Shown: in pieces, positions 1 through 9,764 of the stretch
How positions within the stretch are numbered: position 1 is the first letter of the stretch
How the letters are laid out: every line of letters begins with the position of its first letter
Origin: a bacterium
GTDB lineage: Bacteria; Patescibacteriota; Andersenbacteria; UBA10190; CAIZMI01
Assembly (NCBI GenBank): GCA_030647555.1
Contig: JAUSJG010000008.1
Span: forward strand, 129,467-193,466
Direction of reading: 5' to 3'
DNA length: 64,000 nt
Notes under the pieces: generated by a model
What the model saw: the letters and a program-made list of their open reading frames with translations, nothing else
Told to the model about the DNA's origin: nothing
The model's database searches: none
Made by a program: the position numbers and the translations under genes

Positions 1-16
1 GAACGTCACTATTCAT

Positions 17-847
17 TTGCGCAATATCTTCAAAGATGATGAGTTAGAAGAAAAAGCAACTTGTAAGGATTCCTTACAAGTTCAAAAAGAGGGTGGTAGA
101 GAAATTGAGCGTACGGTAAAGCTGTATAATCTCGATGTAATTATCGCTGTTGGTTATAGAATCAATTCTCTTGTAGGTACAAAATTCCGCCAATGGGCCA
201 CAAAAACACTGCGAAGCTACGTTGTTGACGGTTTCGTAATTAATAAAACGCGTATTGCAAAAAATTATTCGCATTTTTTGAGTGTTGTTGATAGTTTAAA
301 AGGGCTTCTTCCTGTCGATACCGATATAAAAGCCGGTGATGCTGTTGAACTGGTATCGCTTTTTGCGGACACGTGGTTGTCACTCGATGCTTATGATAGA
401 GAAGAATTACCGAAAGGAAAACTGACCAAAAAGAAAGTTGCGTTAACGATTGAAAAAATATCCGTTAGTCTTGCAGGGTTTAGAAAAGGATTGATCGATA
501 AATCAAGTGCCATGGAAATGTTCGGAGTGGAAAGAAATAGCGGTGCCGTGGCAAGTATTATCGGAAATGTTATGCAAACTTTTGGGGGGCGCGAACTGTA
601 CGCAAGTGTGGAAGAAAAAGCCGCGCATTTGCTGTATTTTATGGTGAAGAACCATCCGTTCACCGATGGTAATAAAAGAAATGGTGCTTTTGCGTTTGTG
701 TGGTATTTAAGGCAAGCAAACATCCTGGATGTTTCAAAAATTACACCGTCGGCGTTAACGGCTTTAACAATTCTCGTGGCTAGCAGTGATCCAAAAGAAA
801 AAGATAAGGTGGTGGCCTTGATTTTGAATTTGATTACGCGAAAATAG
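17..847 (+). CDS. RhuM-family DNA-binding domain fused to Fic/Doc domain (5'-truncated by window)
   Basis: RhuM motif YNLDVIIAVGYRINS...FRQWAT; Fic motif HPFTDGNKR. Confidence 0.9.
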   Translation: MRNIFKDDELEEKATCKDSLQVQKEGGREIERTVKLYNLDVIIAVGYRINSLVGTKFRQWATKTLRSYVVDGFVINKTRIAKNYSHFLSVVDSLKGLLPVDTDIKAGDAVELVSLFADTWLSLDAYDREELPKGKLTKKKVALTIEKISVSLAGFRKGLIDKSSAMEMFGVERNSGAVASIIGNVMQTFGGRELYASVEEKAAHLLYFMVKNHPFTDGNKRNGAFAFVWYLRQANILDVSKITPSALTALTILVASSDPKEKDKVVALILNLITRK

Positions 848-991
848 AAAAACTTGTTTTGATAATGCGGTAAAATGATATTCGAATAGATGCCAATCAG
901 GGTCCGGCTCTGGCTGAAGCCTGTGAGGATCCTAAACGATTTACGCAACGATTGGCGCGGGCGGGATTGCGGTGACGACGACGAAACCTAT

Positions 992-1131
992 CCCCGCCTT
1001 CCCTTGAATAAGGGAAGGAATCGCAACGACGCTGATTCCCGTCTTCAGGCGAGCCGTCGCATGCGAGCCTCGCTCTGAAGAGCGGGGCTCGCCCCGATGG
1101 GCGGCCTGCTTCCCGTCTGTTGGCGGAGCAG
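992..1131. repeat. Cluster of palindromic intergenic repeats between convergent genes
   Basis: CCTTCCCTTGAATAAGGGAAGG has a near copy at ~1776-1800; GCTCGCCCCGATGGGCGG has related copies at ~25870 and ~60235. Confidence 0.6.
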
Positions 1132-1148
1132 GAATGATACTTCTTGTT

Positions 1149-1712
1149 TTATTGGGTGTCCGTCTTAGTTTCTTCTATTCTTGAGGAAATTATCGAACTG
1201 ATTTTGATTAATGATGGTGATGGCAGATAATTTTTTACTAATGTGAATATTACAATTGTATAGGTCATGTCTCCTATGATTGTGTTTTTCAAAAATGGAA
1301 GGGCGTTGATGTAGCAATATATTAAACCGGCGAAAGTTGGTTGGTACATTCCCGACGTTAACCAGACGACAAAATTTGTGATGACGTAAAAAAGCAGGGA
1401 ACTGGCCAGAGCTACCGCCGGGATTTTCCAGAAACCACGCTTGCGGAGGAATGTTCCAAGTAATGTTGCTATGGCGAATGAACCATAGACGGCCAACGTG
1501 ATGGGCCACGGGCTAAACCCGATGAAGAAGTCGGAAATTGCCATTGCAACGAGCGGTAGAATTAGTGATTTTGGAAATTTGTACATTGTGCCACTAAGTA
1601 GGGCGACGGCCGCGATGGGGGCCAAATTTGGCGCGTGGGGGATAAGACGGGCCAGAACGGCTAAGGTGATGAGGCCGATTGGTAGGATAAGTGGTAATAT
1701 TTTTTTAAGCAT
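1149..1712 (-). CDS. DUF6580-family membrane protein, S-component/BtuM-like putative cobalamin transporter
   Basis: RLIPHAPNLAPIAA...FYVITNFVVW...GLIYCYINALPF...GD signature; last gene downstream of a cobalamin riboswitch. Confidence 0.75.
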   Translation of the reverse strand: MLKKILPLILPIGLITLAVLARLIPHAPNLAPIAAVALLSGTMYKFPKSLILPLVAMAISDFFIGFSPWPITLAVYGSFAIATLLGTFLRKRGFWKIPAVALASSLLFYVITNFVVWLTSGMYQPTFAGLIYCYINALPFLKNTIIGDMTYTIVIFTLVKNYLPSPSLIKISSIISSRIEETKTDTQ

Positions 1713-1820
1713 AGGGTTGATGATAATGGTTAGGTTAAGATTTTGGAAGGACGGTAACGACTGAATCCCTCCCAGCCTCCCTTTGAATAAAGGGAGGAGA
1801 CGACTCGTAAAGACTGGTGA

Positions 1821-3773
1821 TTAAAACATTGGGCGGAGTTTACCAATTAGTCTGGTAAGTGCGACACCGATGCCAATGTTGGTGAAACTTAATCCCAGCA
1901 TGAAAGCGCTATTATTTTCTTTCTGTTTTTGGGCGGGCTGAACCGGTGTGGGCGCAACAGTGGTACTCGGTGTTGGGGTGGCGATAATTTCCGCACCAGC
2001 AACACGGCCTGTTTTTGATGAATTATTTTTACGCGTTAGAGGCGCGGTGGCGGGTATAATTGTTGGTGTGGCGTTGACGTTTATAATTGGGTTGATAATT
2101 TTTGGAGAAGCGGATGGTGTCGTAGCTGGAGTGGGACTTGGTGATGCAACAGTGTTGCTTGTTGTGACGCGAAGTTTTGTGACTGGTAATGGTGTATACA
2201 ATAACGCCGGAATTGCGTAAGCCGTCATAAATGCCGAGACGTCATCTTTTGTTTTCCACCCAAAACCGCCGTTGGAATTTTGGTAAGAAACTAACGCGGT
2301 GATTGGATTTTTGTTTGATTTATTCCAATCTGTCGGATCTTCGTTCAAGGCGATGATCGCTTGGATTCCCCAAGCGGTAGTGGCGGAATTTTCTCCGAAG
2401 CCACCGTTACTGTCCTGGTTGTCTTTTAAATATTTTTTTGCTTTGTCAATATTATTATCAATGTTTACATCGCCGTCGTTTTGTTTATAACGTCTTAATG
2501 CTTGAATAGTCGCGGCTGTCAGATCGATGTTTTCCCAACCTCCGTTGCTGTTTTGTTTTTTTAATAATGTGGATATGGAATCGTTTAGATAACTGGAATT
2601 TGCCGGTTCGTCCGCGGCAAGCAAAGCGAGGATGCCAAAAATATCATCATTTAATAAAGTTGTTTCTCCGAATTGATTGTCGTGATATTTGGTTTTGAGA
2701 AGTTGTACATAATCTATGCCTTGATAATTGCGTGGATTTTGGCCGGTGGCGCGGAGCGCGAGGATTAATCTTTCGATGTCTGTGGCCGATTCCGGTTTTG
2801 TTTTTAATAAAGAAGAAAGCAACGACGCCCCATCTCTTTTAATTGTCTCTCCGCGGTCTTCGTTGGCACCAAAAGCGATCGCGCTCCAGATTGAAGTTGT
2901 AATTCCTTCTATGCTTCCGTCATTTTCTTGGTGGTCGCGTAAAAAGGTTAACGCTTTTTTTGCTGTAGCAATGCGATCAATTGTTTCTGGGGACGGCGTG
3001 GGCGTAGGTGATGGCGTTGGACTTGGGGTGCTTGTGGGTGACGGGGTGGGTGAAGGTGTCTCGGTTGGGGTTGGCTGAGGACCGGCCTCGGCAATCAACG
3101 TATGGGTGCTACGTACAAAACCCTCGCCATCCGCCCACATATCATTGCTTGTGTCGGAAAGGGTCGCTGTCAATGTTCCGCTTTCCGGAATAATAAGCGA
3201 GAGTTTATTAATATGGAGAGTGGCTCCTACAGCGGGTTCCCATGTGCCGTGCCAAACATAGTTTGCGTCGGTTGTGCCGGTGCGTTTTTCTATTTTTATT
3301 GTTATTGGTTGGCCGACTTTTGCATCACTAGGAATAGTGACGCGCAGAGGAACTCCCGGATAACTGGAATAAGCGAGAAGGATATTGTCGTTCGCGTTTG
3401 GGGCGTATGAATCAAGGCCCATGCTCGCAGAATCGTCATTAAGCCAAAAACCCCAGGATTTTGAGAAATCAGTTGGCGTATCGTCCGTGCCAATCTTGGT
3501 TAGGAATAAGCCAAAACCATAATCTTGAAAAGAGTAATCAAAATGATTTTTATTGGCTGCTTCAAGAACACCACACGCGGCCGATTTTGCGTATATATGT
3601 TCTTTGCCTGCTGAATCGGTAATGACGCACGCGTCGATTGAAACTGGTCCGTCGAAATAGGTTTGGGTACTGCCTTCAATACGGAGGTTAAAAGTGGTTT
3701 GTGCGTTAGTCGGAGATGCCAAAAAAGCGATAAAGGATAAATAGAGGATTATTAAAGGAGAAAAACGGCGCAT
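1821..3773 (-). CDS. Surface protein with DUF4430-like N-domain and prenyltransferase/squalene-cyclase alpha-barrel repeats (transcobalamin-like), C-terminal membrane anchor
   Basis: Signal peptide; DYGFGLFLTKIG...SWGFWLND; repeats QENDGS, QNSNGGW, QDSNGGF, QNSNGGF; PT-rich linkers. Confidence 0.8.
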   Translation of the reverse strand: MRRFSPLIILYLSFIAFLASPTNAQTTFNLRIEGSTQTYFDGPVSIDACVITDSAGKEHIYAKSAACGVLEAANKNHFDYSFQDYGFGLFLTKIGTDDTPTDFSKSWGFWLNDDSASMGLDSYAPNANDNILLAYSSYPGVPLRVTIPSDAKVGQPITIKIEKRTGTTDANYVWHGTWEPAVGATLHINKLSLIIPESGTLTATLSDTSNDMWADGEGFVRSTHTLIAEAGPQPTPTETPSPTPSPTSTPSPTPSPTPTPSPETIDRIATAKKALTFLRDHQENDGSIEGITTSIWSAIAFGANEDRGETIKRDGASLLSSLLKTKPESATDIERLILALRATGQNPRNYQGIDYVQLLKTKYHDNQFGETTLLNDDIFGILALLAADEPANSSYLNDSISTLLKKQNSNGGWENIDLTAATIQALRRYKQNDGDVNIDNNIDKAKKYLKDNQDSNGGFGENSATTAWGIQAIIALNEDPTDWNKSNKNPITALVSYQNSNGGFGWKTKDDVSAFMTAYAIPALLYTPLPVTKLRVTTSNTVASPSPTPATTPSASPKIINPIINVNATPTIIPATAPLTRKNNSSKTGRVAGAEIIATPTPSTTVAPTPVQPAQKQKENNSAFMLGLSFTNIGIGVALTRLIGKLRPMF

Positions 3774-3776
3774 ATT

Positions 3777-4337
3777 TTAGAGTGTCGTGTTTTCGAATTT
3801 CCACGTGATTGTGTCGCCTGGCAAAACTGTTGCGGTGGATGCACCAACGGCAGAGCGAACGTTGTTTACATAAAGTGTCCAGTATTTCTGATTTTTCGTG
3901 TCATTGGAAATATTATTAATTCCTTCGATTAATAATCCAAGCGGTGCCCCGTAATCTTTGGTCTTTAAAATTAAGCCTTGTTGTTGAGCAAGTTTCATTG
4001 CCTCGATTACTGTGATCTTTTTTGACGCCGTTATTTTATAAGAAAAATTATTAGTTGGTCCCTGAAAGTTTAGGGTGATGATTTGACCGGCTGGTATCGG
4101 GGTTGTGCTTGGTTTTGTGGTAACAGCAATTGCCGGTGGTTCAATGCTTGAAGCGGGTGTAGGAGTTGCGATTAGCTCTATTTTGTCTGCAACGCTAGGA
4201 GTTGGTGTGGACTGAATTTTAGAACTTTCTTGTTTGTGCCAAATTCTTGTCGCGAGAAACAGGGCTAACGGAATTAATATTATGAGCGTGATAAGTTCAA
4301 TACTTAGAGCGCGAAAACGGTTTTGTTGTTGGGGCAT
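3777..4337 (-). CDS. Membrane-anchored DUF4430 (transcobalamin C-terminal-like) protein
   Basis: N-terminal TM; GLLIEGINNI...YWTLYVNN...VGAS...GDTITW motif. Confidence 0.85.
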   Translation of the reverse strand: MPQQQNRFRALSIELITLIILIPLALFLATRIWHKQESSKIQSTPTPSVADKIELIATPTPASSIEPPAIAVTTKPSTTPIPAGQIITLNFQGPTNNFSYKITASKKITVIEAMKLAQQQGLILKTKDYGAPLGLLIEGINNISNDTKNQKYWTLYVNNVRSAVGASTATVLPGDTITWKFENTTL

Positions 4338-4427
4338 ATTGTTCGATTAATAAAAAAATACCGTTCTTTCGAACAGAATTTAGTAATGTATTTGGACACA
4401 AATACATTCTTTTCCTGCTCGGGAGAA

Positions 4428-4530
4428 ATTGATCTAGCTAAGGACCGGACTTCCCAGGACAAACCTGGGTATACCGTTGCGGCACAGCGCGGGATTTTCA
4501 CCCGCTTCACTTAAATAGACTTTGAGTTTT
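4428..4530 (-). promoter_or_regulatory. Cobalamin riboswitch (short variant)
   Basis: Minus strand reads TAAGTGAAGCGGGTGAAAATCCCGCGCTGTGCCGCAACGGTA-CCCAGG/CCTGGG-AAGTCCGGTC, matching the Cbl core and B12 box; lies ~100 nt upstream of the DUF4430 operon. Confidence 0.88.
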
Positions 4531-4691
4531 TAAACTACAAAACTAGTTTAACGAGAGTTGGGGAAGTCGTCAAACGAGTTGCGATTTAAACATTGAATAT
4601 TGGAAATTATTTGAAAATTGAAAATTTGGGGGCTTATGTAATCGAACACACTAAAAATCAGACAAGAATAATATTTAGAGAGTGCTGTTTG

Positions 4692-6374
4692 TTATTTTTC
4701 CAGTGGCTTATTGTTGATTTTTTTGAAGGCAAAAATGCCGAATTCGCTATAGACCATTTCATAGGCTTTGTCTTCTTTATATCGATCGATGTATTCGGTC
4801 ATTTCGCCTTTATGTAATGGCCAGGTGTTAAATTGGTCGCTTAATACTACCCATTGTGGTTGCTTTGGTAATGGGTCGGGGAAATTGTAGATATATTGGC
4901 GGGTACTTAATTGAGGAACGAGCCCGCTGGCGGCCGAAACCGATTTGTTTTTTGGAATCATTTCTTTAACGATATCAAGGGCACCGGCGGCAAGGCGGGG
5001 TTGGTAACGTGTTTCGGTGAATTCGGGACGACCAAGTTGGTGAAGTGGTAGATCACTGTCTTTCCAGGAAGAATAATAAGTGCCGGTTAAAAGTCCGACA
5101 CAGATTAAAACTATCGCCAAAAATTTAATATAGATATTTGTTGAAAAATGCTTGAGTACTTTTAAAATGTTTGATGCGCCGAGAATTGTTGAGTAACAAA
5201 GAATACTGGCCAGGCTGGCGTTGTAGTGAAAATCTAAGAGATGGCGTTGATATTCCGGACTCAAAAAGCGCGCGACCAGATTTGGTGCCGTCATCAAGTA
5301 GGCCACTGGGCTTAATAATGGCAGATAGCCGTATGATTGAAGCAGGTGGCGGAATGTGTTGCGGTTTACTTGAGTGGCAAAGATTTCTTTTACAAGATTA
5401 ATCGGATGCGAGATAAGCCATATTGCCAAATGTAATGGTCCTTTTTCTGATCCGGCGGCGTCAAAATAGGTGAGGGCACCGCCACCGGGTGTCCATTTTG
5501 GCATTATTACGTATGTGACGGCGAAGAAATAGATGAGGGAAATAATGATAAGAATAAAGGCGGGGGTGGAGATTTTGTTGAAAAAATCTCGCGGGTGGAC
5601 CACCCATCGCTCTCTTGAGCTACGGAGTGGCGCGGCGGGGACGTCCGCCCCTACGTTATTACGTTTCGTAAAAACGACGCGATTTATGTATCGATATATC
5701 GATACAATTATTTTTTTCAGGAAACCTGTTTCAAATAAAATAATATAAATGCCAAACATTACATAAAATAAGGCCGCGTCTTCGCGGGAAATTAAGCCCA
5801 AAATAACGGTGAACCAAAACAAAGTATGTTTTTTGAAATACCAGGCATAAAAAGACCACGCTAAAATTGCAGACGTTAGGACATTGGCGTGAAAATCAAA
5901 ATTCAAAGCGTATTGAATGCCAAAAAACAGTAGGTATGAAAAAAGAATGCTCAAAGAAAATAAAATATTTTTAATTTTATCTTGGGCAATTTTATATAGT
6001 GCCCAGCCGGCGGTTGTGATCGCAATCGCTTGTATCATGATTAGCATTCGCGGATCCTGCCAAAGCGCGAAGATTGGTGCCAATAAAAGCATAATGAAGT
6101 GGGCGTGATCGCCCCAGGCCACCTGACCTTTTAGGGTGTTGAAGGGTGGGATATTGCCGTTGTTGATGTTGTAGAGGATTTGGGTGTAGGTGCCCAGGTC
6201 CACGCCGTTATGGAGGTGGATTTCGTTGGTGATTCCGAGTCGAATATATTGGATGGTGAAAAACCCGATTAGAATCCAAGGCAACCAAGGCAAAATATGT
6301 TTTCCAATATTAACCGCGATAACGCGTATTTTAATCATTATGGTAATGGTAGCAAGGGAGTAGGCGATTATCAA
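4692..6374 (-). CDS. DUF2079-family membrane protein (GT-C-like)
   Basis: DLGTYTQ, GDH, FDFH, REDAA, FHYNA motifs; many TM helices. Confidence 0.85.
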   Translation of the reverse strand: MIIAYSLATITIMIKIRVIAVNIGKHILPWLPWILIGFFTIQYIRLGITNEIHLHNGVDLGTYTQILYNINNGNIPPFNTLKGQVAWGDHAHFIMLLLAPIFALWQDPRMLIMIQAIAITTAGWALYKIAQDKIKNILFSLSILFSYLLFFGIQYALNFDFHANVLTSAILAWSFYAWYFKKHTLFWFTVILGLISREDAALFYVMFGIYIILFETGFLKKIIVSIYRYINRVVFTKRNNVGADVPAAPLRSSRERWVVHPRDFFNKISTPAFILIIISLIYFFAVTYVIMPKWTPGGGALTYFDAAGSEKGPLHLAIWLISHPINLVKEIFATQVNRNTFRHLLQSYGYLPLLSPVAYLMTAPNLVARFLSPEYQRHLLDFHYNASLASILCYSTILGASNILKVLKHFSTNIYIKFLAIVLICVGLLTGTYYSSWKDSDLPLHQLGRPEFTETRYQPRLAAGALDIVKEMIPKNKSVSAASGLVPQLSTRQYIYNFPDPLPKQPQWVVLSDQFNTWPLHKGEMTEYIDRYKEDKAYEMVYSEFGIFAFKKINNKPLEK

Positions 6375-6416
6375 TCAGGGGTCGTCCCTTTTTTCAAAAA
6401 AGGGACGACCCCTGAT
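6374..6416. repeat. REP-like perfect inverted repeat
   Basis: ATCAGGGGTCGTCCCTTTT...AAAAGGGACGACCCCTGAT. Confidence 0.85.
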
Positions 6417-6472
6417 AAAAACAACGAAAATGTTGTATAATTCCTTAAGACTATTAATAATTATTTACCACT

Positions 6473-6937
6473 ATGCTCAAACGTATTTTTATGGTGCCAC
6501 CGCTAATTCTTCTGTTGTCTTTGCTTGTTGCGTTGATATTTTCTTTCTATTTACCGCTTTATCGTATTAATAATTCTGTCTATCAAGGGTTTGGTTATGT
6601 TTTTATTTTATTCGGACTAATTCTGGATTTTTGGTCTCTGTCGGAATTTAGGAAAGCTAAAACAACTATTATCCCCAGTGGTAAGCCGACTTTTTTAATT
6701 ATGAGCGGGCCGTTTGCTTTCAGTCGTAACGCGATTTATCTTGGGTATGTTTTAATTCTTGTTGGACTTGCAATTATTATTCAAAGTCTTGCGGCGTTTA
6801 TTGCGCCAATTTTGATGTTCTTGGCGATGAATATTTACACTATTCCGGAGGAGGAAAAAATTCTTTTCAATGAATTTGGGGTTGAATATAATACATATAA
6901 AGAAAAAGTTAGACGTTGGTTTGGCGCGGGGAAGTAG
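6473..6937 (+). CDS. Isoprenylcysteine carboxyl methyltransferase / PEMT-family membrane methyltransferase
   Basis: GPFAFSRNAIYLG...EEE..L...FG.EY..YK..VRRW. Confidence 0.9.
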   Translation: MLKRIFMVPPLILLLSLLVALIFSFYLPLYRINNSVYQGFGYVFILFGLILDFWSLSEFRKAKTTIIPSGKPTFLIMSGPFAFSRNAIYLGYVLILVGLAIIIQSLAAFIAPILMFLAMNIYTIPEEEKILFNEFGVEYNTYKEKVRRWFGAGK

Positions 6938-6955
6938 GAGGCGAACCGAGTGTGT

Positions 6956-7044
6956 AAGGTCGGACTTTGCGAAAAGGTCCGACCCTGTCTGGTGGCGCCG
7001 GCGACCAATGCGGGTCGGACCTTTATGAATAAAAGTCCGACCCG
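6956..7044. repeat. REP doublet (GGTCGGAC...GTCCGACC x2)
   Basis: Two hairpins with linker ending CCAATGCG; same architecture at 30369-30452. Confidence 0.85.
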
Positions 7045-7051
7045 AGGCTCA

Positions 7052-7399
7052 TTATTTAATTATCACCCAGGCGAGTAATACGGAAATTAGTATCAGAAAC
7101 CAAGAGCGGATATCGCCTTGAATTAAAACGACGGAGCAGAAGATTGGGGTTGCGATTAGCAAGATAGTATGTATGATTTTTCCTCCGGTCGGTTTTGTTT
7201 GTTCCGGTTTGTTGTTTAGTTTTACAGTTTCTGTAATGTAGAAAATAAGAAGTGATATGGCGAACAAAATTACCGCAAACTGATTTGTTTCACTGGTGTA
7301 AGAAAAAAGCGCGGTGAAAAAGAACACAAAAATCGCACTGATAAAAAGCCCGGTTGAAATACCTAAAAGCATTGTTCGATTGTATTTAATCAATTTCAT
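7052..7399 (-). CDS. Small 4-TM hypothetical protein
   Basis: Hydrophobic ORF with a 4-nt overlap with the upstream gene. Confidence 0.7.
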   Translation of the reverse strand: MKLIKYNRTMLLGISTGLFISAIFVFFFTALFSYTSETNQFAVILFAISLLIFYITETVKLNNKPEQTKPTGGKIIHTILLIATPIFCSVVLIQGDIRSWFLILISVLLAWVIIK

Positions 7400-8253
7400 A
7401 TTTGTGGAAATGGGCGAAAAATAAACAGCTTAAGCGTTTCTTTGAGGGATGTGGAAATTTCCGAAAAACTTGGCGGTAGTGGGGAAATTGTGGCGTTGAT
7501 GTCGCGGTACATTACGACCGGCGTGATATCTCCCTGTGAAAAACTGAAATACATTATGTCGAACGAGCCGTCCGGATTTTGGTAAGCGTTATCTAGCGCA
7601 AAATTGAGTTTACTGGTTTGAAAGGTAGTGTCTTTAATGGGGATGTAGTCGGCGTAAATGGCGTGGTAGGCTTTTAAATCTGTCCAGTATTGAAAAGGAA
7701 TGGTGTGGCAAGTGTTTTCCGGGCATTCAAACTTAGTTGTTCCGTATAACCCTATGGCGCCTTCTTTTGGCGGATTGTTTATGAAATCGTCAAACGTCGC
7801 GTAGTCGTTTCCGTAAAACGGACTAAGGAAAATTGTTTGACCGTTTTTTTCTAACGTTTTCCACTTTTTCTTTGTATTGAAAACCAGATCGTCCAATATT
7901 TTATTACGAATGGGTTTGCGTTCATAATCCAGCCAAAAAGAACTTTTGCGTAAACCGGCCTCAAGAACGGACGCGCCGTCCAGTTGGTAGTTGGTGCTTA
8001 AGGTTAGTTCTTTGCCAATTTTGTAGGCACTGTAGGGTACGCGCAGGTGAGCAAGTCCGTCATTAACAGTTATTCTGCTGTTGCCGTAAACATATGGAAC
8101 ACCGTTCACTGTTTCCAGTGCTCCAAAATCGGATTTATTGTTTGCAAAATCAGTTTGATATTTACGCAATTTGGCGAAATTGAAAAAGAAAATCAAACCA
8201 CACACAAGCAATGCAACAAAAGACGCGTGCAGGATAATAATTATTTTTTTCAT
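7396..8253 (-). CDS. Membrane-anchored hypothetical protein
   Basis: N-terminal TM; 4-nt overlaps with both neighbours. Confidence 0.8.
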   Translation of the reverse strand: MKKIIIILHASFVALLVCGLIFFFNFAKLRKYQTDFANNKSDFGALETVNGVPYVYGNSRITVNDGLAHLRVPYSAYKIGKELTLSTNYQLDGASVLEAGLRKSSFWLDYERKPIRNKILDDLVFNTKKKWKTLEKNGQTIFLSPFYGNDYATFDDFINNPPKEGAIGLYGTTKFECPENTCHTIPFQYWTDLKAYHAIYADYIPIKDTTFQTSKLNFALDNAYQNPDGSFDIMYFSFSQGDITPVVMYRDINATISPLPPSFSEISTSLKETLKLFIFRPFPQI

Positions 8254-9764
8254 GGTGATATTATTGTCCCCTCATTCTCGGAATTAGCAGTTTTGTTTTT
8301 TGGAATTAATGTTTTTACGTGTTTCAGATCGTCTTTGCTTAGTTCACCGAGGGCAACCAAGACTAGAATGTATAAAATAACCAGAGCAACATAAATGAGT
8401 GGCATAAATAACGGTCGGACATTAATAAAATAGGTTGGTAATACCATTATAATTGTCGCCGTAAGTCCTTTAAATAACGTATTGAGCGGGAAGGATAAGC
8501 GGAAACGTTTGATCATATAGCCGGCCATAATCGTGGTGCCGATAACGGCGGTAATAATCGTTGAAAGCGCTGCTCCTTCAAGACCAAAGCGAGGGATTAA
8601 AAATGAGCCAAGCACTATGTCGAATGGCAACATTGACCAAGCGATAATTAGCGGAACGCGCGCTTTGTTTGCCCCGGCGGCGATTGTGGAAAGAAGATAA
8701 AAAGCGGATAGCAGGCCGAGCGCCACCATTAGTAAGGTGAGGGGTTGCGCGGCGGGTTCGTAAACTTTTGAATAGAAAAGATGCACCAAACTTTTGCTGG
8801 TTGCGGCGGCAAGGACGGTGACGGGAAGCAGTAATAGATATAGATAACGGAATATTACGCGAATAAAGTCGCGCGCCAAGTCTTCATTTTCTTTCATCAG
8901 GCGAGCGATGCTCGGCAAGAAAATAAAGCCGAGGGCTTGTAAAATAAAATATGGAATACGGGAAAGCGTGGAGGCGGCATTATAGTAGCCAGCCAGCGTG
9001 TCGTCGTGTAAAAACTTTTTTACCAAGAAGAGATCGGTGCTCATAAGAATTTGCAAAGCAATAGCGGTGCCAACAACCGCGCCGGCGAATGTTAATAATT
9101 TATTTAGCGGAAACGGTTTTTGGAAGTGTTTGCGGGTTGCTCTGTAAACAAACGGCGCACCGATGAGTGAAGCAATTGCGCCACCGACGGCAAAACCGCT
9201 CAATGCGCCATAAACGCGAAACGGCACGAGTAGGCCGACAGATCCCGCCAGTTTCGCGAAAGAATATAGAAGAACGATTGATGCTTGCAAAGCAAAAGCA
9301 TGGAGACCGTTGAAATAATTTGTGATGACGGAATAAATAGCTGTTAACGGATAGACGATGGCCGTGAAGGCGATAATGGGCGCGAGGGAGGCATCGCCTA
9401 ATATAGAGGCAATCGGTTTGGAAAAAATGATCGTTCCAAGGGAAAGAATAATTGCGAGACACAATTGGCCGATTAATGCCGATTTGAGAATGGCGCCACT
9501 GTTTGCTTCGTCTTGGGCGACTTCTTTGGAAACGGCAATGGGAATACCCAGTGTTATTAACATATTTAGAATTGTCATAAAAGAGAGGACGATTCCATAA
9601 ACGCCGTAAAGCGAAGGTCCGCCAAGTTTTCCGACTAAGATGTGGGTGATGTAGCCAAGGCCCAATAACACCGCTTGTGCCGATGAAAGGAGGAGTGCGC
9701 CGGATAACCGAGAGGTGCGGTGTATTTTTATGGTGTTTTGGCGCTGATTCATGTGTGTCGGCAT
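8250..9764 (-). CDS. Wzx/MOP-family oligosaccharide flippase
   Basis: LGGPSLYGVYGIV, TDLFLVK, AGYYNAA, LIPRFGLEGAA. Confidence 0.9.
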   Translation of the reverse strand: MPTHMNQRQNTIKIHRTSRLSGALLLSSAQAVLLGLGYITHILVGKLGGPSLYGVYGIVLSFMTILNMLITLGIPIAVSKEVAQDEANSGAILKSALIGQLCLAIILSLGTIIFSKPIASILGDASLAPIIAFTAIVYPLTAIYSVITNYFNGLHAFALQASIVLLYSFAKLAGSVGLLVPFRVYGALSGFAVGGAIASLIGAPFVYRATRKHFQKPFPLNKLLTFAGAVVGTAIALQILMSTDLFLVKKFLHDDTLAGYYNAASTLSRIPYFILQALGFIFLPSIARLMKENEDLARDFIRVIFRYLYLLLLPVTVLAAATSKSLVHLFYSKVYEPAAQPLTLLMVALGLLSAFYLLSTIAAGANKARVPLIIAWSMLPFDIVLGSFLIPRFGLEGAALSTIITAVIGTTIMAGYMIKRFRLSFPLNTLFKGLTATIIMVLPTYFINVRPLFMPLIYVALVILYILVLVALGELSKDDLKHVKTLIPKNKTANSENEGTIISP

